Below are positions 1 to 9,154 of a DNA stretch of 64,000 nucleotides, piece after piece. A model generated the notes under the pieces. It made no database searches and was not told the DNA's origin. It saw only the letters and a program-made list of their open reading frames with translations. This DNA is from a virus. Taxonomy: Duplodnaviria > Caudoviricetes. Both the position numbers and the translations under genes were made by a program. How positions within the stretch are numbered: position 1 is the stretch's first letter; the number at the start of each line of letters is the position of its first letter. Location of the stretch: positions 3,742 to 67,741 of the IMG/VR virus record IMGVR_UViG_2773857811_000001; one strand, 5' to 3'.

Positions 1-63
1 GACTTCGGCAAACGTCCAATCATTGCCGGTGAAGGTAAATCCGAATTTTTAACCGATTGCTAA
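1..63 (+). CDS. O: 3' end of P2-like capsid scaffolding protein (gpO), partial
   Basis: Frame 1 reads DFGKRPIIAGEGKSEFLTDC*. The LTDC end and the position just before the capsid gene fit P2 gpO. Confidence 0.8.
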   Translation, partial: DFGKRPIIAGEGKSEFLTDC

Positions 64-73
64 AGGAACAACC

Positions 74-180
74 ATGCGCAACGAAACTAAACAGAAATTT
101 AATGCTTATGTGGCCCGTGTTGCCGAATTAAACGGCGTAACAAGCAATGATGTGGCAGAAACCTTTTCTGTTACGCCAAG
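74..180 (+). pseudogene. N: 5' fragment of P2-like major capsid gene, interrupted by Mu-like insertion
   Basis: AAGGA SD, ATG at 74, MRNETKQKFNAYVARVAELNG...FSVTP. It joins in frame to 34745 (S-VEQKLIEKVLLSSNFL) once the insert and one CCAAG are removed. Confidence 0.92.
176..180. repeat. Left copy of 5-bp target-site duplication CCAAG
   Basis: Identical to 34740-34744 and directly flanks the TG...CA ends. Confidence 0.93.
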
Positions 181-422
181 TGTATCCAACCACTTAATAT
201 GAGAAATAAACAAAGAAGTAGGGATTTGGTTGTAATAAGCGGGAATAAGTGGTTCAAAACCTTATGAAACGGGGCTTTACGTGATGTAGAGCCCTTTTTT
301 ATTAGGGGAGGAAAAAGAAGAATAATGAAATGGGAAAAAATTTTGGGTTTTGTTTGAAATGTCAAAATAGCCACTTGAAATGAGAAATTTAAAAGTGGCT
401 TTAAATTTTGTTTAAATGGCGT

Positions 423-1154
423 TTAAAAATCCCGATAGCCACGCACTACCTGCCCAATCACAATCAAGTTGTTGGCTTGTTCTGTGTTGAGTTCTATTGG
501 TGCGTATTCGGTATTTTGACTGATTAGTGTGATGCCGTTGTAGGTGATTTGCACTTTCTTCACTAGCATTGCGCCTTCATTGTTTAACACAAAGATTTTG
601 CCGTCTTTTAAATCCGTTTTAGAACGATCTACAATAATCTCTTCACCATCTTTTAAGGTGGGCTGCATGCTGTCGCCACTTACTAAGAACATGGCGCAAT
701 CTTCCGCTTTTAAGCGGCGTGAATCAAGCCAAGCCTTTTCTACCTTGGTGGTTTGATAAGGTTTATATTCATCATTAAAACCACCGCCACCGGCTGAAAT
801 GCGCACTTCTCGGCAATCTTCAATCTCTGCAAAGGTTTCATCATTGCTTGCAGATAAATTTAAGCCATCCTGCTCCTCTGAGCTTTCTCCTGTTGCTAGC
901 CACTGCACGCTTACATTGGCATAGGTTGCTAATGCAATTAGGTTGTCCAGTGTTGGCAAGCTAGTGTTTGTTAAATAGTTATGCAAAGTGCTATATGAAA
1001 TTCCTGCTTCTTTAGCAAATGCTCTTCCGCTCTTATTTCCGATCAATTCTTTTAATCTTTCGCTAAAAGAAGATCCTTTTCCTAATGTTTGAAAAGGAAC
1101 TTGTACCTTTTCCGATTTATCTTGTTCCTTTTTAGGATTTGAAAGGGTTTCCAT
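423..1154 (-). CDS. CI-like repressor, XRE HTH plus S24 peptidase domain
   Basis: HTH (RAFAKEAGISYSTLHNY), SAGGG cleavage-site region, GDSM and VKK catalytic motifs; divergent from ner. Confidence 0.92.
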   Translation of the reverse strand: METLSNPKKEQDKSEKVQVPFQTLGKGSSFSERLKELIGNKSGRAFAKEAGISYSTLHNYLTNTSLPTLDNLIALATYANVSVQWLATGESSEEQDGLNLSASNDETFAEIEDCREVRISAGGGGFNDEYKPYQTTKVEKAWLDSRRLKAEDCAMFLVSGDSMQPTLKDGEEIIVDRSKTDLKDGKIFVLNNEGAMLVKKVQITYNGITLISQNTEYAPIELNTEQANNLIVIGQVVRGYRDF

Positions 1155-1364
1155 TGATTTTTACCTTTTGAGATTTAATTTATAAAAAGGAACAAAAAAT
1201 ACTTGCGCTGTTCCTTTTTTAGATCAATAATATTATTACATTGAATAACACGGCAGTATTATTCAATGTAATAACCTTTTAGATTATCAGAAAAAGGAAC
1301 AAAAGCAATGATTAATGATTGGGAAAGGGTAGATATCATCTATGCCTTAAAGAAAAAAGGAACA
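1092..1364. promoter_or_regulatory. Repeated operator/enhancer-like motif AAAAAGGAACA
   Basis: Copies at 1123-1133(-), 1184-1194(+), 1209-1219(-), 1291-1301(+), 1354-1364(+), with a partial copy at 1092-1100. Confidence 0.65.
1233..1274. promoter_or_regulatory. Perfect 16-bp inverted repeat, candidate Ner/repressor operator
   Basis: TTATTACATTGAATAA-N10-TTATTCAATGTAATAA between the divergent repressor and ner genes. Confidence 0.7.
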
Positions 1365-1517
1365 ACCCTTGCAGCGTTATCTCGCCAATCAGGGCTCAAT
1401 TCTAGGACATTAAATAATGCTTTAGATCGTCGTTATCCAAAAGGTGAGCGAATTATCGCGGAAGCATTAGGCGTTACACCTGAAATTATTTGGCCTTCGC
1501 GTTATGCCAATCGGTAG
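1308..1517 (+). CDS. ner: Ner/Nlp-family transcriptional regulator
   Basis: DW..DII.ALKKKG.TLAALSR and PKGERIIAEALGV.PE.IWPSRY signature. Confidence 0.95.
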   Translation: MINDWERVDIIYALKKKGTTLAALSRQSGLNSRTLNNALDRRYPKGERIIAEALGVTPEIIWPSRYANR

Positions 1518-1528
1518 TTGGAGGGGAT

Positions 1529-3547
1529 ATGAAAACATGGGTAACAGTTGCAGAAGTCGTTGAATGTCAAAGTACCCCTAACACTGAGCGTGGTTGTAGA
1601 AAATTTTTAGACAAATTATTTCTTCAATATCCTCAAGCGCGACGCAAAAGACAAGGAACAAAAGCCTTTGAATATGATGTGAATTATCTACCTGAAAACA
1701 TTCAGGCAGAACTTGTTGTTATTGAAGGTAAAAGAACAGTCAATTCCCTCCCCGTCCTCGCCGAGCCTGCTAAACCAGTAGAACCTTCGGCTGAAGCTCA
1801 GATGTTGTGGGCTGCTTATGAGCAAGGCACGACAAAAGCGCAAAACGAGGCAAAGTGGAAACTGGGTACGATGTTCGCGGTAGCGGAATTAACGAATACC
1901 GGCATGAACATTATGACCGCATTGGAATTGGTGTGTGGCAAATATAACCGCGAATGCGAGGCAAAAGGCGAAAAGCCGGTCTCAGTTGGCTCGCTTAAAC
2001 GGTGGTGGTATGCCATTAAAGATGAAGATCGCAGTCTTTGGTTGCCGCTTTTAATGAGTGAGCGTGGCAAAAACGGCAAAAGCCGTGAGGCGGAATTTAG
2101 CGAGGAAGCCTGGGCATTTTTCAAAGCGGACTATTTCCGTAATGAGCGCCCGCAGTTGGGCTCTTGCTATGAACGCTTAAAACGCGCGGCACAGGTGAAC
2201 GGTTGGGTGATTCCGAGCCTTTCAAGCATTAAACGCAAGATTGAGCGCGAGATTCCGAAAACCCACCAAGTGTATTTGCGCGAAGGGGAATATGCGGTGA
2301 GCCGTTACTTCCCGTCACTTATCCGAACCATTGCGGATGTGGATGCGATGGAATGGGTGAACGGCGACGGTTACAAACACAACGTGTGGGTGGAATGGCA
2401 CAACGGTCACATTATCCGTCCGAAAACCTGGCTTTGGCAGGATGTGCGTACGCGCAAAATCTTAGCCTATCGCTGTGATGAATCGGAAAACACCAACATG
2501 ATACGTCTTGCGTTGTTGGATGTGGTGAGCAAGTACGGCATACCGAAACACTTAACCATAGACAATACCAAAGCCGCAGCGAACAAGAAAATGACTGGTG
2601 GGGTGAAAAATCGTTACCGCTTTAAAGTGAGTCCAGACGAAGTGCAAGGGATTATTCCAGCGCTCGGCATCCAACTGCACTGGACAACGGTGCGCTACGG
2701 TCGCGGACGTGGGCAAGCTAAGCCGATTGAGCGTGCATTTTCACACGGTGGCTTAGGTGAATTAGTGGATAAACACCCACTACTTGCCGGATACCACGCG
2801 GGGGATAACGCGCTGGATAAGCCCGACAACTACCAAGGCAATAAAGCCGGGGTGGATTATGAAAGTTTTATCTTAGCCCTTGAAGAAGGCATTCAGATGT
2901 TTAACGAACGCCTGAATCGTGAAACGGAAATTTGCCGAGGTGAGTTGAGTTTTGAACAAGCCTTTGAGCGCGATTTTGCCTTAGTGGAAAAACGCCTGGC
3001 AACACCGGAGCAGTTGCGTTATCTGCTCACATTACACGAAGAAGTAACCTTGAAAGCCAACGGCACCTTTGAATTGAAATGCGGTGGTGAAAGACAAGGC
3101 CTACGCAACCGGTATGAGGCTTATGACTTGATTGGCACGAAACACAAACGTGTGGTGGTGCGATACGACCCGAACCGCTTACACGACAAAGTGTGGGTGT
3201 ATAGCCAAGAAGGAGTGTATTTAGCAGAAGCAAGTTGTACACGCCCTGCCGCCTTTGGTGATACGCAATCCGCACAAGACCATTCTCGTAAAGAACGCGA
3301 ATTTGTGCGCCATACCAAGAAAGCAGCACAAGCTGCGCAGGAAATGGAAGTGCAAGAAGTAGCGGAATGCATGCCAGAGGTGGAATTTGATGATACCCCA
3401 AGCGTGCCGCAAGTGTGGGAAGTGGTACACCAAGAAGGCAATGCGATGCGTAAGCAAGAAGTGTTGTTGGAAGATGAAAAAGTCAGCACCTTCCGCCGAG
3501 GTTTAGACAATTACTTAGCCATGGCTAAGAAAGCAAAAGGGCTTTAA
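1529..3547 (+). CDS. Mu-like DDE transposase A
   Basis: GGAGG SD before ATG 1529; N-terminal Mu DNA-binding domain, NGDGY, IDNT and AKPIERAF motifs. Confidence 0.95.
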   Translation: MKTWVTVAEVVECQSTPNTERGCRKFLDKLFLQYPQARRKRQGTKAFEYDVNYLPENIQAELVVIEGKRTVNSLPVLAEPAKPVEPSAEAQMLWAAYEQGTTKAQNEAKWKLGTMFAVAELTNTGMNIMTALELVCGKYNRECEAKGEKPVSVGSLKRWWYAIKDEDRSLWLPLLMSERGKNGKSREAEFSEEAWAFFKADYFRNERPQLGSCYERLKRAAQVNGWVIPSLSSIKRKIEREIPKTHQVYLREGEYAVSRYFPSLIRTIADVDAMEWVNGDGYKHNVWVEWHNGHIIRPKTWLWQDVRTRKILAYRCDESENTNMIRLALLDVVSKYGIPKHLTIDNTKAAANKKMTGGVKNRYRFKVSPDEVQGIIPALGIQLHWTTVRYGRGRGQAKPIERAFSHGGLGELVDKHPLLAGYHAGDNALDKPDNYQGNKAGVDYESFILALEEGIQMFNERLNRETEICRGELSFEQAFERDFALVEKRLATPEQLRYLLTLHEEVTLKANGTFELKCGGERQGLRNRYEAYDLIGTKHKRVVVRYDPNRLHDKVWVYSQEGVYLAEASCTRPAAFGDTQSAQDHSRKEREFVRHTKKAAQAAQEMEVQEVAECMPEVEFDDTPSVPQVWEVVHQEGNAMRKQEVLLEDEKVSTFRRGLDNYLAMAKKAKGL

Positions 3548-3581
3548 AACAAGTTTAAAGCCGATTTATAGGAGATGAAAA

Positions 3582-4019
3582 ATGAAAACTAATCTTAATC
3601 ATCAGGATACCACATTTCTTCACCAGCTTCGTTTAGAAACGGGGAAGCTTCGCCAAGTTGCGAAATCCAGACGGGTGAAAATGTATAAAAGAGATCTAAA
3701 TCAGACAGAAAGTTCAGCGAAGTCTCAACGGTTTTCTTGGCTGATGCAGTCCGAACGATTTGTAGCTCTAACAACCTATTTTGAATCATTAGAGAAATTG
3801 TTGCCATCCGCCAATGAGCATAAGACAACTCAAGACGATACCGCTCAGAAAAGCGCTTTTCTTGCAGCTTGCGCTCTTTGGTGGGAAGCGCAAGGTGCGC
3901 GAGAAGATAAGGACGAAGATTTTCCTCTTCAAATTCAAGATATTTTTGAAGGTTTGGATAGTGCTTTAACGAAGCAAAGAGCGCGTCAAAATCCTTGGTA
4001 TCCCACTTGGCGAAAATAA
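3582..4019 (+). CDS. Hypothetical protein inserted between MuA and MuB
   Basis: AGGAG SD, 145 codons, no recognised motif. Confidence 0.6.
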   Translation: MKTNLNHQDTTFLHQLRLETGKLRQVAKSRRVKMYKRDLNQTESSAKSQRFSWLMQSERFVALTTYFESLEKLLPSANEHKTTQDDTAQKSAFLAACALWWEAQGAREDKDEDFPLQIQDIFEGLDSALTKQRARQNPWYPTWRK

Positions 4020-4095
4020 CCTGAAAAGCATATTCAGCACAGTAGTTCAGCTCTTTGTATTCAACATCCATGGGCAAGCGACAAAGATTAAACAT
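3595..4095 (-). CDS. Hypothetical antisense protein (166 aa) overlapping 3582-4019
   Basis: AGGAG SD (4101-4105) 5 nt before ATG 4095; extended -10 TGnCATAAT at 4126-4134 on the minus strand. Confidence 0.55.
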   Translation of the reverse strand: MFNLCRLPMDVEYKELNYCAEYAFQVIFAKWDTKDFDALFASLKHYPNLQKYLEFEEENLRPYLLAHLALPTKERKLQEKRFSERYRLELSYAHWRMATISLMIQNRLLELQIVRTASAKKTVETSLNFLSDLDLFYTFSPVWISQLGEASPFLNEAGEEMWYPDD

Positions 4096-4128
4096 AGATA
4101 CTCCTACCAAACAAACAGGGCAATTATT

Positions 4129-5046
4129 ATGACACTAATTAACCAAATCAAACAACTCTTAGACAACCAAACCTACACCCAGCGCGAGATTGCTGCGCAA
4201 TCAGGCGTGAATCCAGGGGCATTAAGCGCGTATTTAAAAGGCACTTATGCCGGCAATGTAGAAAAAGTTGAATACGCATTAAACAACTGGCTCGCTACGC
4301 GTGAGAAGAAAGAAAAAGTGTTTGTAGAAGCACCGCACTTTATTGAGATTCCGACCGCCAAGAAAGTGTTCAGCGCCTTAGATATGGCCAAAATTTTACC
4401 AACCATGGTGACCGTTTACGGCGCAAGCGGCGTAGGCAAAACCAAAGCCTGCCAAGAGTACGCGAAAAGCAACCAAAACGTATGGATGATCACCGCAAGC
4501 CCAGCACGCGCCACATTAAGCAGTATTTTGTATGAGTTAGCCCTTGAGTTAGGCATTAACGATGCGCCACGCCGTAAAGATCGCCTATCACGCCTAATTA
4601 CTAAAAAACTCAAAGGCACACAAGGTTTAGTGATTATCGACGAAAGCGACCACCTGCCTTATGACGCGTTAGAAGAGATCCGCATTATCCAAGAAGAAGC
4701 CGAAGTGGGCTTTGCGCTCATTGGTAACGATAAAGTTTACACCCGCATCCAGGGCGGTGTGAATCAGGCGCATGAATATGCCCGTTTATGGTCACGAATT
4801 GGTAACAACTGCGGCGTTAAAGCCAGTACAAAAGGCGATATTAAAGCTATCGCGCAAGCCTGGGGGCTTGATATAGCCGACAAAGATTTAATGACCGTGC
4901 TTTACGACATCGGCGGCAAGGCAGGCGGCTTACGCGCTTTAACGCAATATTTACGCCTAGCCGGCATGACAGCAAAAGGCCAAGGCACTGTCATCACACT
5001 AGACCTCATTTTAACCGCCCAAGCACAAATGATAGGAGCGAACTAA
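4129..5046 (+). CDS. MuB-like AAA+ DNA transposition protein
   Basis: N-terminal HTH, Walker A GASGVGKT, Walker B VIIDE. Confidence 0.95.
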   Translation: MTLINQIKQLLDNQTYTQREIAAQSGVNPGALSAYLKGTYAGNVEKVEYALNNWLATREKKEKVFVEAPHFIEIPTAKKVFSALDMAKILPTMVTVYGASGVGKTKACQEYAKSNQNVWMITASPARATLSSILYELALELGINDAPRRKDRLSRLITKKLKGTQGLVIIDESDHLPYDALEEIRIIQEEAEVGFALIGNDKVYTRIQGGVNQAHEYARLWSRIGNNCGVKASTKGDIKAIAQAWGLDIADKDLMTVLYDIGGKAGGLRALTQYLRLAGMTAKGQGTVITLDLILTAQAQMIGAN

Positions 5047-5372
5047 TGACAAGCATTACAAAAAACGACACCTTGCGTGAGCAAACTAAACCCCACCCTG
5101 TGTTTGGTGGGTGCAACAAAATCGCCCTAGGTTACTTATCGCAAACGCAAAAATGCGTGTTTGAGTTAAACAAAATGGGGTTGCATGTATTAAGCATTGA
5201 GTTTGACAAAATCAAACCGCGCGTGCGCATTGAACCGAACGCATTAACGAAGAAATTTGAGAAAACTGGTCAAGCCTTTGCCTACATTCAAGGCAACGAC
5301 GGCGCACATTGGGCGGAATATCAAATGATGGTGGAAGGCATCAAGGTAATTTGGCGCAGTTATTTACATTAA
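5046..5372 (+). CDS. Hypothetical early protein
   Basis: Stop/start overlap with MuB; 108 aa. Confidence 0.75.
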   Translation: MTSITKNDTLREQTKPHPVFGGCNKIALGYLSQTQKCVFELNKMGLHVLSIEFDKIKPRVRIEPNALTKKFEKTGQAFAYIQGNDGAHWAEYQMMVEGIKVIWRSYLH

Positions 5373-5389
5373 CCAACAGGAGAAAAGAA

Positions 5390-5911
5390 ATGGCTAAAAA
5401 AGCAACCCGCATTAAAACCGACACCTTTTCAGTGCGTTATCAAACGCGCGATGAAGTGGAAGTTGCAATTAAAGAAATCGGCGATTTAAACCGCGAATTA
5501 GAACGCCTAGCGATTGAACAAAACGACAAGCTGGCAGCAATCACCGAAGAATACGCGCCACGCATGAACGAAGTGAAAGAAAAGCTCGCACCAAAACAAG
5601 ATGCGGTGCAAGCGTGGTGTGAAAGCCGACGTGATGAACTCACGCAAAACGGCAAAACTAAAACAGGTTCATTTAATACAGGCGAAGTGCAATGGCGCCA
5701 ACGTCCGCCAAGTGTGGGGATTCGCGGCGTAGACAGCGTGTTAGATATCTTAAAAATGCGGGGGTTAGCCCGGTTTATCCGCATCAAAGAAGAAATCAAT
5801 AAAGAAGCCATGCTTAATGAACCGGGCACTGCGGCCAGCGTGCCAGGCGTAACAATCAAAACAGGCGTGGAAGACTTTGTAATTACGCCGTTTGAGCAAG
5901 AGGTGGCGTGA
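5390..5911 (+). CDS. gam: Gam host-nuclease inhibitor (Ku-like DNA-end protection)
   Basis: AGGAG SD; GEVQWRQRPPSV, EINKEAML and EDFVITPFEQ motifs. Confidence 0.93.
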   Translation: MAKKATRIKTDTFSVRYQTRDEVEVAIKEIGDLNRELERLAIEQNDKLAAITEEYAPRMNEVKEKLAPKQDAVQAWCESRRDELTQNGKTKTGSFNTGEVQWRQRPPSVGIRGVDSVLDILKMRGLARFIRIKEEINKEAMLNEPGTAASVPGVTIKTGVEDFVITPFEQEVA

Positions 5912-5967
5912 TGGATTGGGTGTTTTTTATCGCAGTATTAATCGGAATTTGGATAACCACCGAATGA
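5911..5967 (+). CDS. Putative 18-aa hydrophobic microprotein
   Basis: TGATG overlap with gam, GAGG SD; MDWVFFIAVLIGIWITTE. Confidence 0.35.
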   Translation: MDWVFFIAVLIGIWITTE

Positions 5968-5992
5968 ATCCTACTTACCACAGGAGAACCTT

Positions 5993-6190
5993 ATGAACAA
6001 AAACATCAACAAGTTTGATCGCTTTAAATATTACAGTGAACAAGCTGCAAACAGTGAACGTAGAGGCGATCTGCAAGACGCTAAAGAACAATGGGCCATA
6101 GCCGAACTTAACGCGCCAAATGCCCAAAATAAAGAATGGTGCAAACGTCGCGCCACGTTTTGTGAACGAGTATTAAGAAAACCTTTTTAG
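5993..6190 (+). CDS. ANR-family small phage protein
   Basis: AA..ER.G....A...W..A.......N..WC..RA.FC pattern. Confidence 0.75.
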   Translation: MNKNINKFDRFKYYSEQAANSERRGDLQDAKEQWAIAELNAPNAQNKEWCKRRATFCERVLRKPF

Positions 6191-6198
6191 GAGGATTT

Positions 6199-6357
6199 AT
6201 GGCTGATTATATCGTGCGCCTTTATGGCGTAATTGAAGTGAAAATGAAAGCGGAAACACTAGAACAAGCTATTGAGTTGTGTGATTTAAACACCGCTCCG
6301 CCATTAACCGGTTTAGTTGTAGAAATTGATTCAGTGATTGAAGGGGAAGAAGTATGA
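6199..6357 (+). CDS. Hypothetical protein (52 aa)
   Basis: AGGAGG SD; MADYIVRLYGVIEVK...; below the ORF-track size cutoff. Confidence 0.7.
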   Translation: MADYIVRLYGVIEVKMKAETLEQAIELCDLNTAPPLTGLVVEIDSVIEGEEV

Positions 6358-6521
6358 CTGAGCAAGAAAAAGTGCGGTTGGATGAGCAATTAAAACAAGC
6401 GGCAAAACAGCTCACACACGCGCTTCACGCGTTACGTACCGGGCAAAATCAACACGCAGCGGTTTATGTTGGCAACGTACAAAACTTACTGCCGGGTTTA
6501 AGAATGAGATTGGGGAGATGA
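6354..6521 (+). CDS. Hypothetical protein (55 aa)
   Basis: ATGA overlaps at both ends; MTEQEKVRLDEQLKQ... Confidence 0.7.
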   Translation: MTEQEKVRLDEQLKQAAKQLTHALHALRTGQNQHAAVYVGNVQNLLPGLRMRLGR

Positions 6522-6901
6522 ATGAAATGGAAGAAAAAAAATATTCAGTAACGTTTGAGTTTAAAGTGGGAGTCGGTGATGACGATTTAACCTTTAATGT
6601 AAACACAAAATACCATCAAGCCCCAGCTTTATATGTGAAGGACGCGATGACTTGTTTGATGTTTAAGTTGCCTGAAATTGTGAGAGCTGGTTGGATTGTG
6701 ATTGAGGGTATGGACGATAACGCCAAAAGTGGTTTCGAACACAAAATAAAATTAGATTTTTGCACCCAAGATAATGACGAATGGGAAGTTAGTGCGAAAG
6801 TCGAAAATCCCAATGAAACTGGTCGTATGTTGATTGGCTTTATTGAGAAAATTCTTTTGAAGGATCCAGTTATTGACGAAATTCTTCAGCTAGAAAAATA
6901 A
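6518..6901 (+). CDS. Hypothetical protein
   Basis: Coupled ORF in the early operon, 127 aa. Confidence 0.75.
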   Translation: MNEMEEKKYSVTFEFKVGVGDDDLTFNVNTKYHQAPALYVKDAMTCLMFKLPEIVRAGWIVIEGMDDNAKSGFEHKIKLDFCTQDNDEWEVSAKVENPNETGRMLIGFIEKILLKDPVIDEILQLEK

Positions 6902-6912
6902 GGGGGATAAAA

Positions 6913-7143
6913 ATGTGTGAAAACAATGGATGGATTAAGTGTTCGGAGCGGTTGCCGGATACATTTACAGGTTTTGATTTGTTAGTTCGTTCGTCGCCTG
7001 TTTTGGTTTATGGCAAATATACCTCTGGCGAAAAAAACAAAATTTTCGGCGCGCAAATATTTGGTAATAAGTGGTATAGCGCAGACGGCGAATGTGGGGA
7101 AATTACTCATTGGCAACCATTTCCACAACCACCGGAGGAATAG
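6913..7143 (+). CDS. DUF551-like phage protein
   Basis: WIKCSERLP...ITHWQPFPQPP signature. Confidence 0.88.
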   Translation: MCENNGWIKCSERLPDTFTGFDLLVRSSPVLVYGKYTSGEKNKIFGAQIFGNKWYSADGECGEITHWQPFPQPPEE

Positions 7144-7146
7144 ATT

Positions 7147-7440
7147 ATGGTTTGTGAATATCAATATCACGCGTTTTTACCTGGTGCTGAGCCAACAAGA
7201 GAAAGTGTTCTGCACGTAATAATTCGGGAGCTTTTTGTAAAATATAAACACTCCGAAGAATTATCTCTATCAAATGCGGCCGAAATTATTGTAGGTAAAA
7301 ACGCCTTAAAATGGGGTTTAGATGATGGAGAAGAGGTTTGTATTTTAATCAGAAAAAAAGAGAATCCTGAAGTGCTTGAATTGTTTAAGGTTTCTGTTGA
7401 GATATGTACAGAAACTACAGCGCACCGTATGGATTACTAA
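7147..7440 (+). CDS. Hypothetical protein
   Basis: GGAGG SD, 97 aa, AT-rich. Confidence 0.7.
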   Translation: MVCEYQYHAFLPGAEPTRESVLHVIIRELFVKYKHSEELSLSNAAEIIVGKNALKWGLDDGEEVCILIRKKENPEVLELFKVSVEICTETTAHRMDY

Positions 7441-7441
7441 A

Positions 7442-7521
7442 ACCCATTTACAGTCCATTCAAATCTCCCCTAACCCCTCTTTACAAAAGAGGGGGATTTA
7501 AGTGGGCTGAATAATGTGTTT
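7442..7521. repeat. Nested inverted repeat / REP-like hairpin
   Basis: Inner CCCCTCTTT-ACA-AAAGAGGGG stem inside outer CAGTCCAT...GTGGGCTG arms. Confidence 0.55.
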
Positions 7522-7536
7522 TACAGGAGAAAAAGA

Positions 7537-7998
7537 ATGCGATTAACCAAAGAAAAGGCGATTCAGCTGATTCACATTGCCAAGCAACAGCTATGCATGG
7601 ACGAACTAAGTTATCGGATGTTGCTGAATGAGTTAACCGGCAAAAACAGCACCAAACAAATGACTATAATACAATTGATTAAAGTTTTAGAAGCCATGGA
7701 AAATAAAGGCTTTAAAAAGACCACGAAACGCCATCATTCGCCGACTACCGAAAACGCCAAAGTGAATAGCTTGATTGCCCACAAAATCCGCGCCATTTGG
7801 ATTGATATGCACAAGCAAGGGCTTGTACGAGACGGCTCGGAAAACGCGCTCAATGCGTTTGTGCGCGGCGTAGTGAACCCAATTTACGCTAAGCGCGGGA
7901 TGAATATTCAAGTGCTTAACGTGGGCGCTTTGCGCGACGACATGGCCAGTTTAGTGCTTGAGCGATTGAAAAAATGGCAAGCAAGAGGTGGACTATGA
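7537..7998 (+). CDS. gemA: GemA / gp16-family protein
   Basis: IHIAK.QL.MD...YR..L...TGK.S and KIRAIW...LKKW motifs. Confidence 0.88.
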   Translation: MRLTKEKAIQLIHIAKQQLCMDELSYRMLLNELTGKNSTKQMTIIQLIKVLEAMENKGFKKTTKRHHSPTTENAKVNSLIAHKIRAIWIDMHKQGLVRDGSENALNAFVRGVVNPIYAKRGMNIQVLNVGALRDDMASLVLERLKKWQARGGL

Positions 7999-8522
7999 AA
8001 TTGTGCCGTTGTCCTGTATGCCACTCCGATATTCATTTAGACCAACTTTTAGAAGATGACGCTGGGCGAGAAATTTTAGGGCTGCTCACTGAGTTAAAAT
8101 ATGGCGTGGCGCGCCCTTTAGTTTCATACATTGCACTATTTCGCCCGGATAAATCAGCGCTAAGCAATTCAAGAGCGGTCAAATTAATGCGTGAAGTGTT
8201 GGATTTGTTCCCGCCTTCTCAATTATTAGCCCACTGTTTGAGTGAAACGGTGAACGCAGTGCAGAAAAAACGCCGAGAAAGCCGAAATCTCGCCCCGCTT
8301 AACAATCACCGCTACTTAATGCAAGTAATGGAAACGAACCGACCACTCTTTTCCGGAACAGGCTCGGCTGCCGTAAACAACGCAGAACGCGCCACTCAAG
8401 GCAGTGATGAAGTTGAAAACACCATTTTATATATCGAGCGGTTTTATCAGTTAGGCCAACCGGTGGAACACTTGCCAGGCTATGACGTGTGGCGAAAATG
8501 GAAAGATAAACAGCAAAAATGA
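7995..8522 (+). CDS. Hypothetical protein with N-terminal CxCPxC motif
   Basis: MKLCRCPVCH...YIALFRP; ATGA-coupled to gemA. Confidence 0.75.
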   Translation: MKLCRCPVCHSDIHLDQLLEDDAGREILGLLTELKYGVARPLVSYIALFRPDKSALSNSRAVKLMREVLDLFPPSQLLAHCLSETVNAVQKKRRESRNLAPLNNHRYLMQVMETNRPLFSGTGSAAVNNAERATQGSDEVENTILYIERFYQLGQPVEHLPGYDVWRKWKDKQQK

Positions 8523-8531
8523 ACTTTTTTT

Positions 8532-8560
8532 ACCGCTCGAAAGGGCGGTTTTTATTTTTA
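8532..8560 (+). terminator. Intrinsic terminator of the early operon
   Basis: ACCGCTC-GAAA-GGGCGGT followed by a T run. Confidence 0.75.
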
Positions 8561-8668
8561 AAATCAATAATTTGTTCTTGTGTGTGATTTGCCGGGCTTG
8601 AAACATTTTCCAATTTCAGAAACATAATTTGTATAATCAAGCCATTTTAAGGCAAATCCGGAGGCTAG

Positions 8669-9106
8669 ATGAACGCGCAACTCAAAGTACAAGAGGACTT
8701 ATTTGATACCGAGCATGCCACGGTGGGAGATTTATTCGACCATTTAGATAATATCCCAGCAAATGAAATTTATCATAAATGGCCAAGTACGCTTTCGGAT
8801 ATCATTGAAGTCCTTAAATGCGAACTTATCCGTCAAGGGGAAGAGCCAGATAAAGCGCAAGGCAGTGCCGCCAAATTAGTTGGCGTGATGGCGCATTATT
8901 TCGGGGGAAAATCGGTATATCTACCTACTGGTGAGGTATTAAAAGATGCGTTACGTAATGTGAAAATCTATCAGGAGTTTGATGGGAAGAATGTCCCAGA
9001 ATTAGTGATCAAATATCGATTGAGCGAGTCGCATATTTATGCGATTTTGCGTGAACAGCGGGCGTTGTTGCGTAAACGTTATCAGCGTGATTTGTTTGAT
9101 AGCTAA
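8669..9106 (+). CDS. Mor/C-family transcription activator
   Basis: FGG..VYLP......RN..IY.EFDG.N...L..KY.LS...IY.I motif. Confidence 0.93.
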   Translation: MNAQLKVQEDLFDTEHATVGDLFDHLDNIPANEIYHKWPSTLSDIIEVLKCELIRQGEEPDKAQGSAAKLVGVMAHYFGGKSVYLPTGEVLKDALRNVKIYQEFDGKNVPELVIKYRLSESHIYAILREQRALLRKRYQRDLFDS

Positions 9107-9111
9107 ATAGG

Positions 9112-9154
9112 CTGAACTACCACAAATTCAAATTTTACCCTCATTCTTTAAACT
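9112..9154 (+). promoter_or_regulatory. Candidate late (lysis) promoter with activator box CTGAACTACCACAAA
   Basis: 14/15 match to 17098-17112; TAAACT -10 at 9149-9154. Confidence 0.55.
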
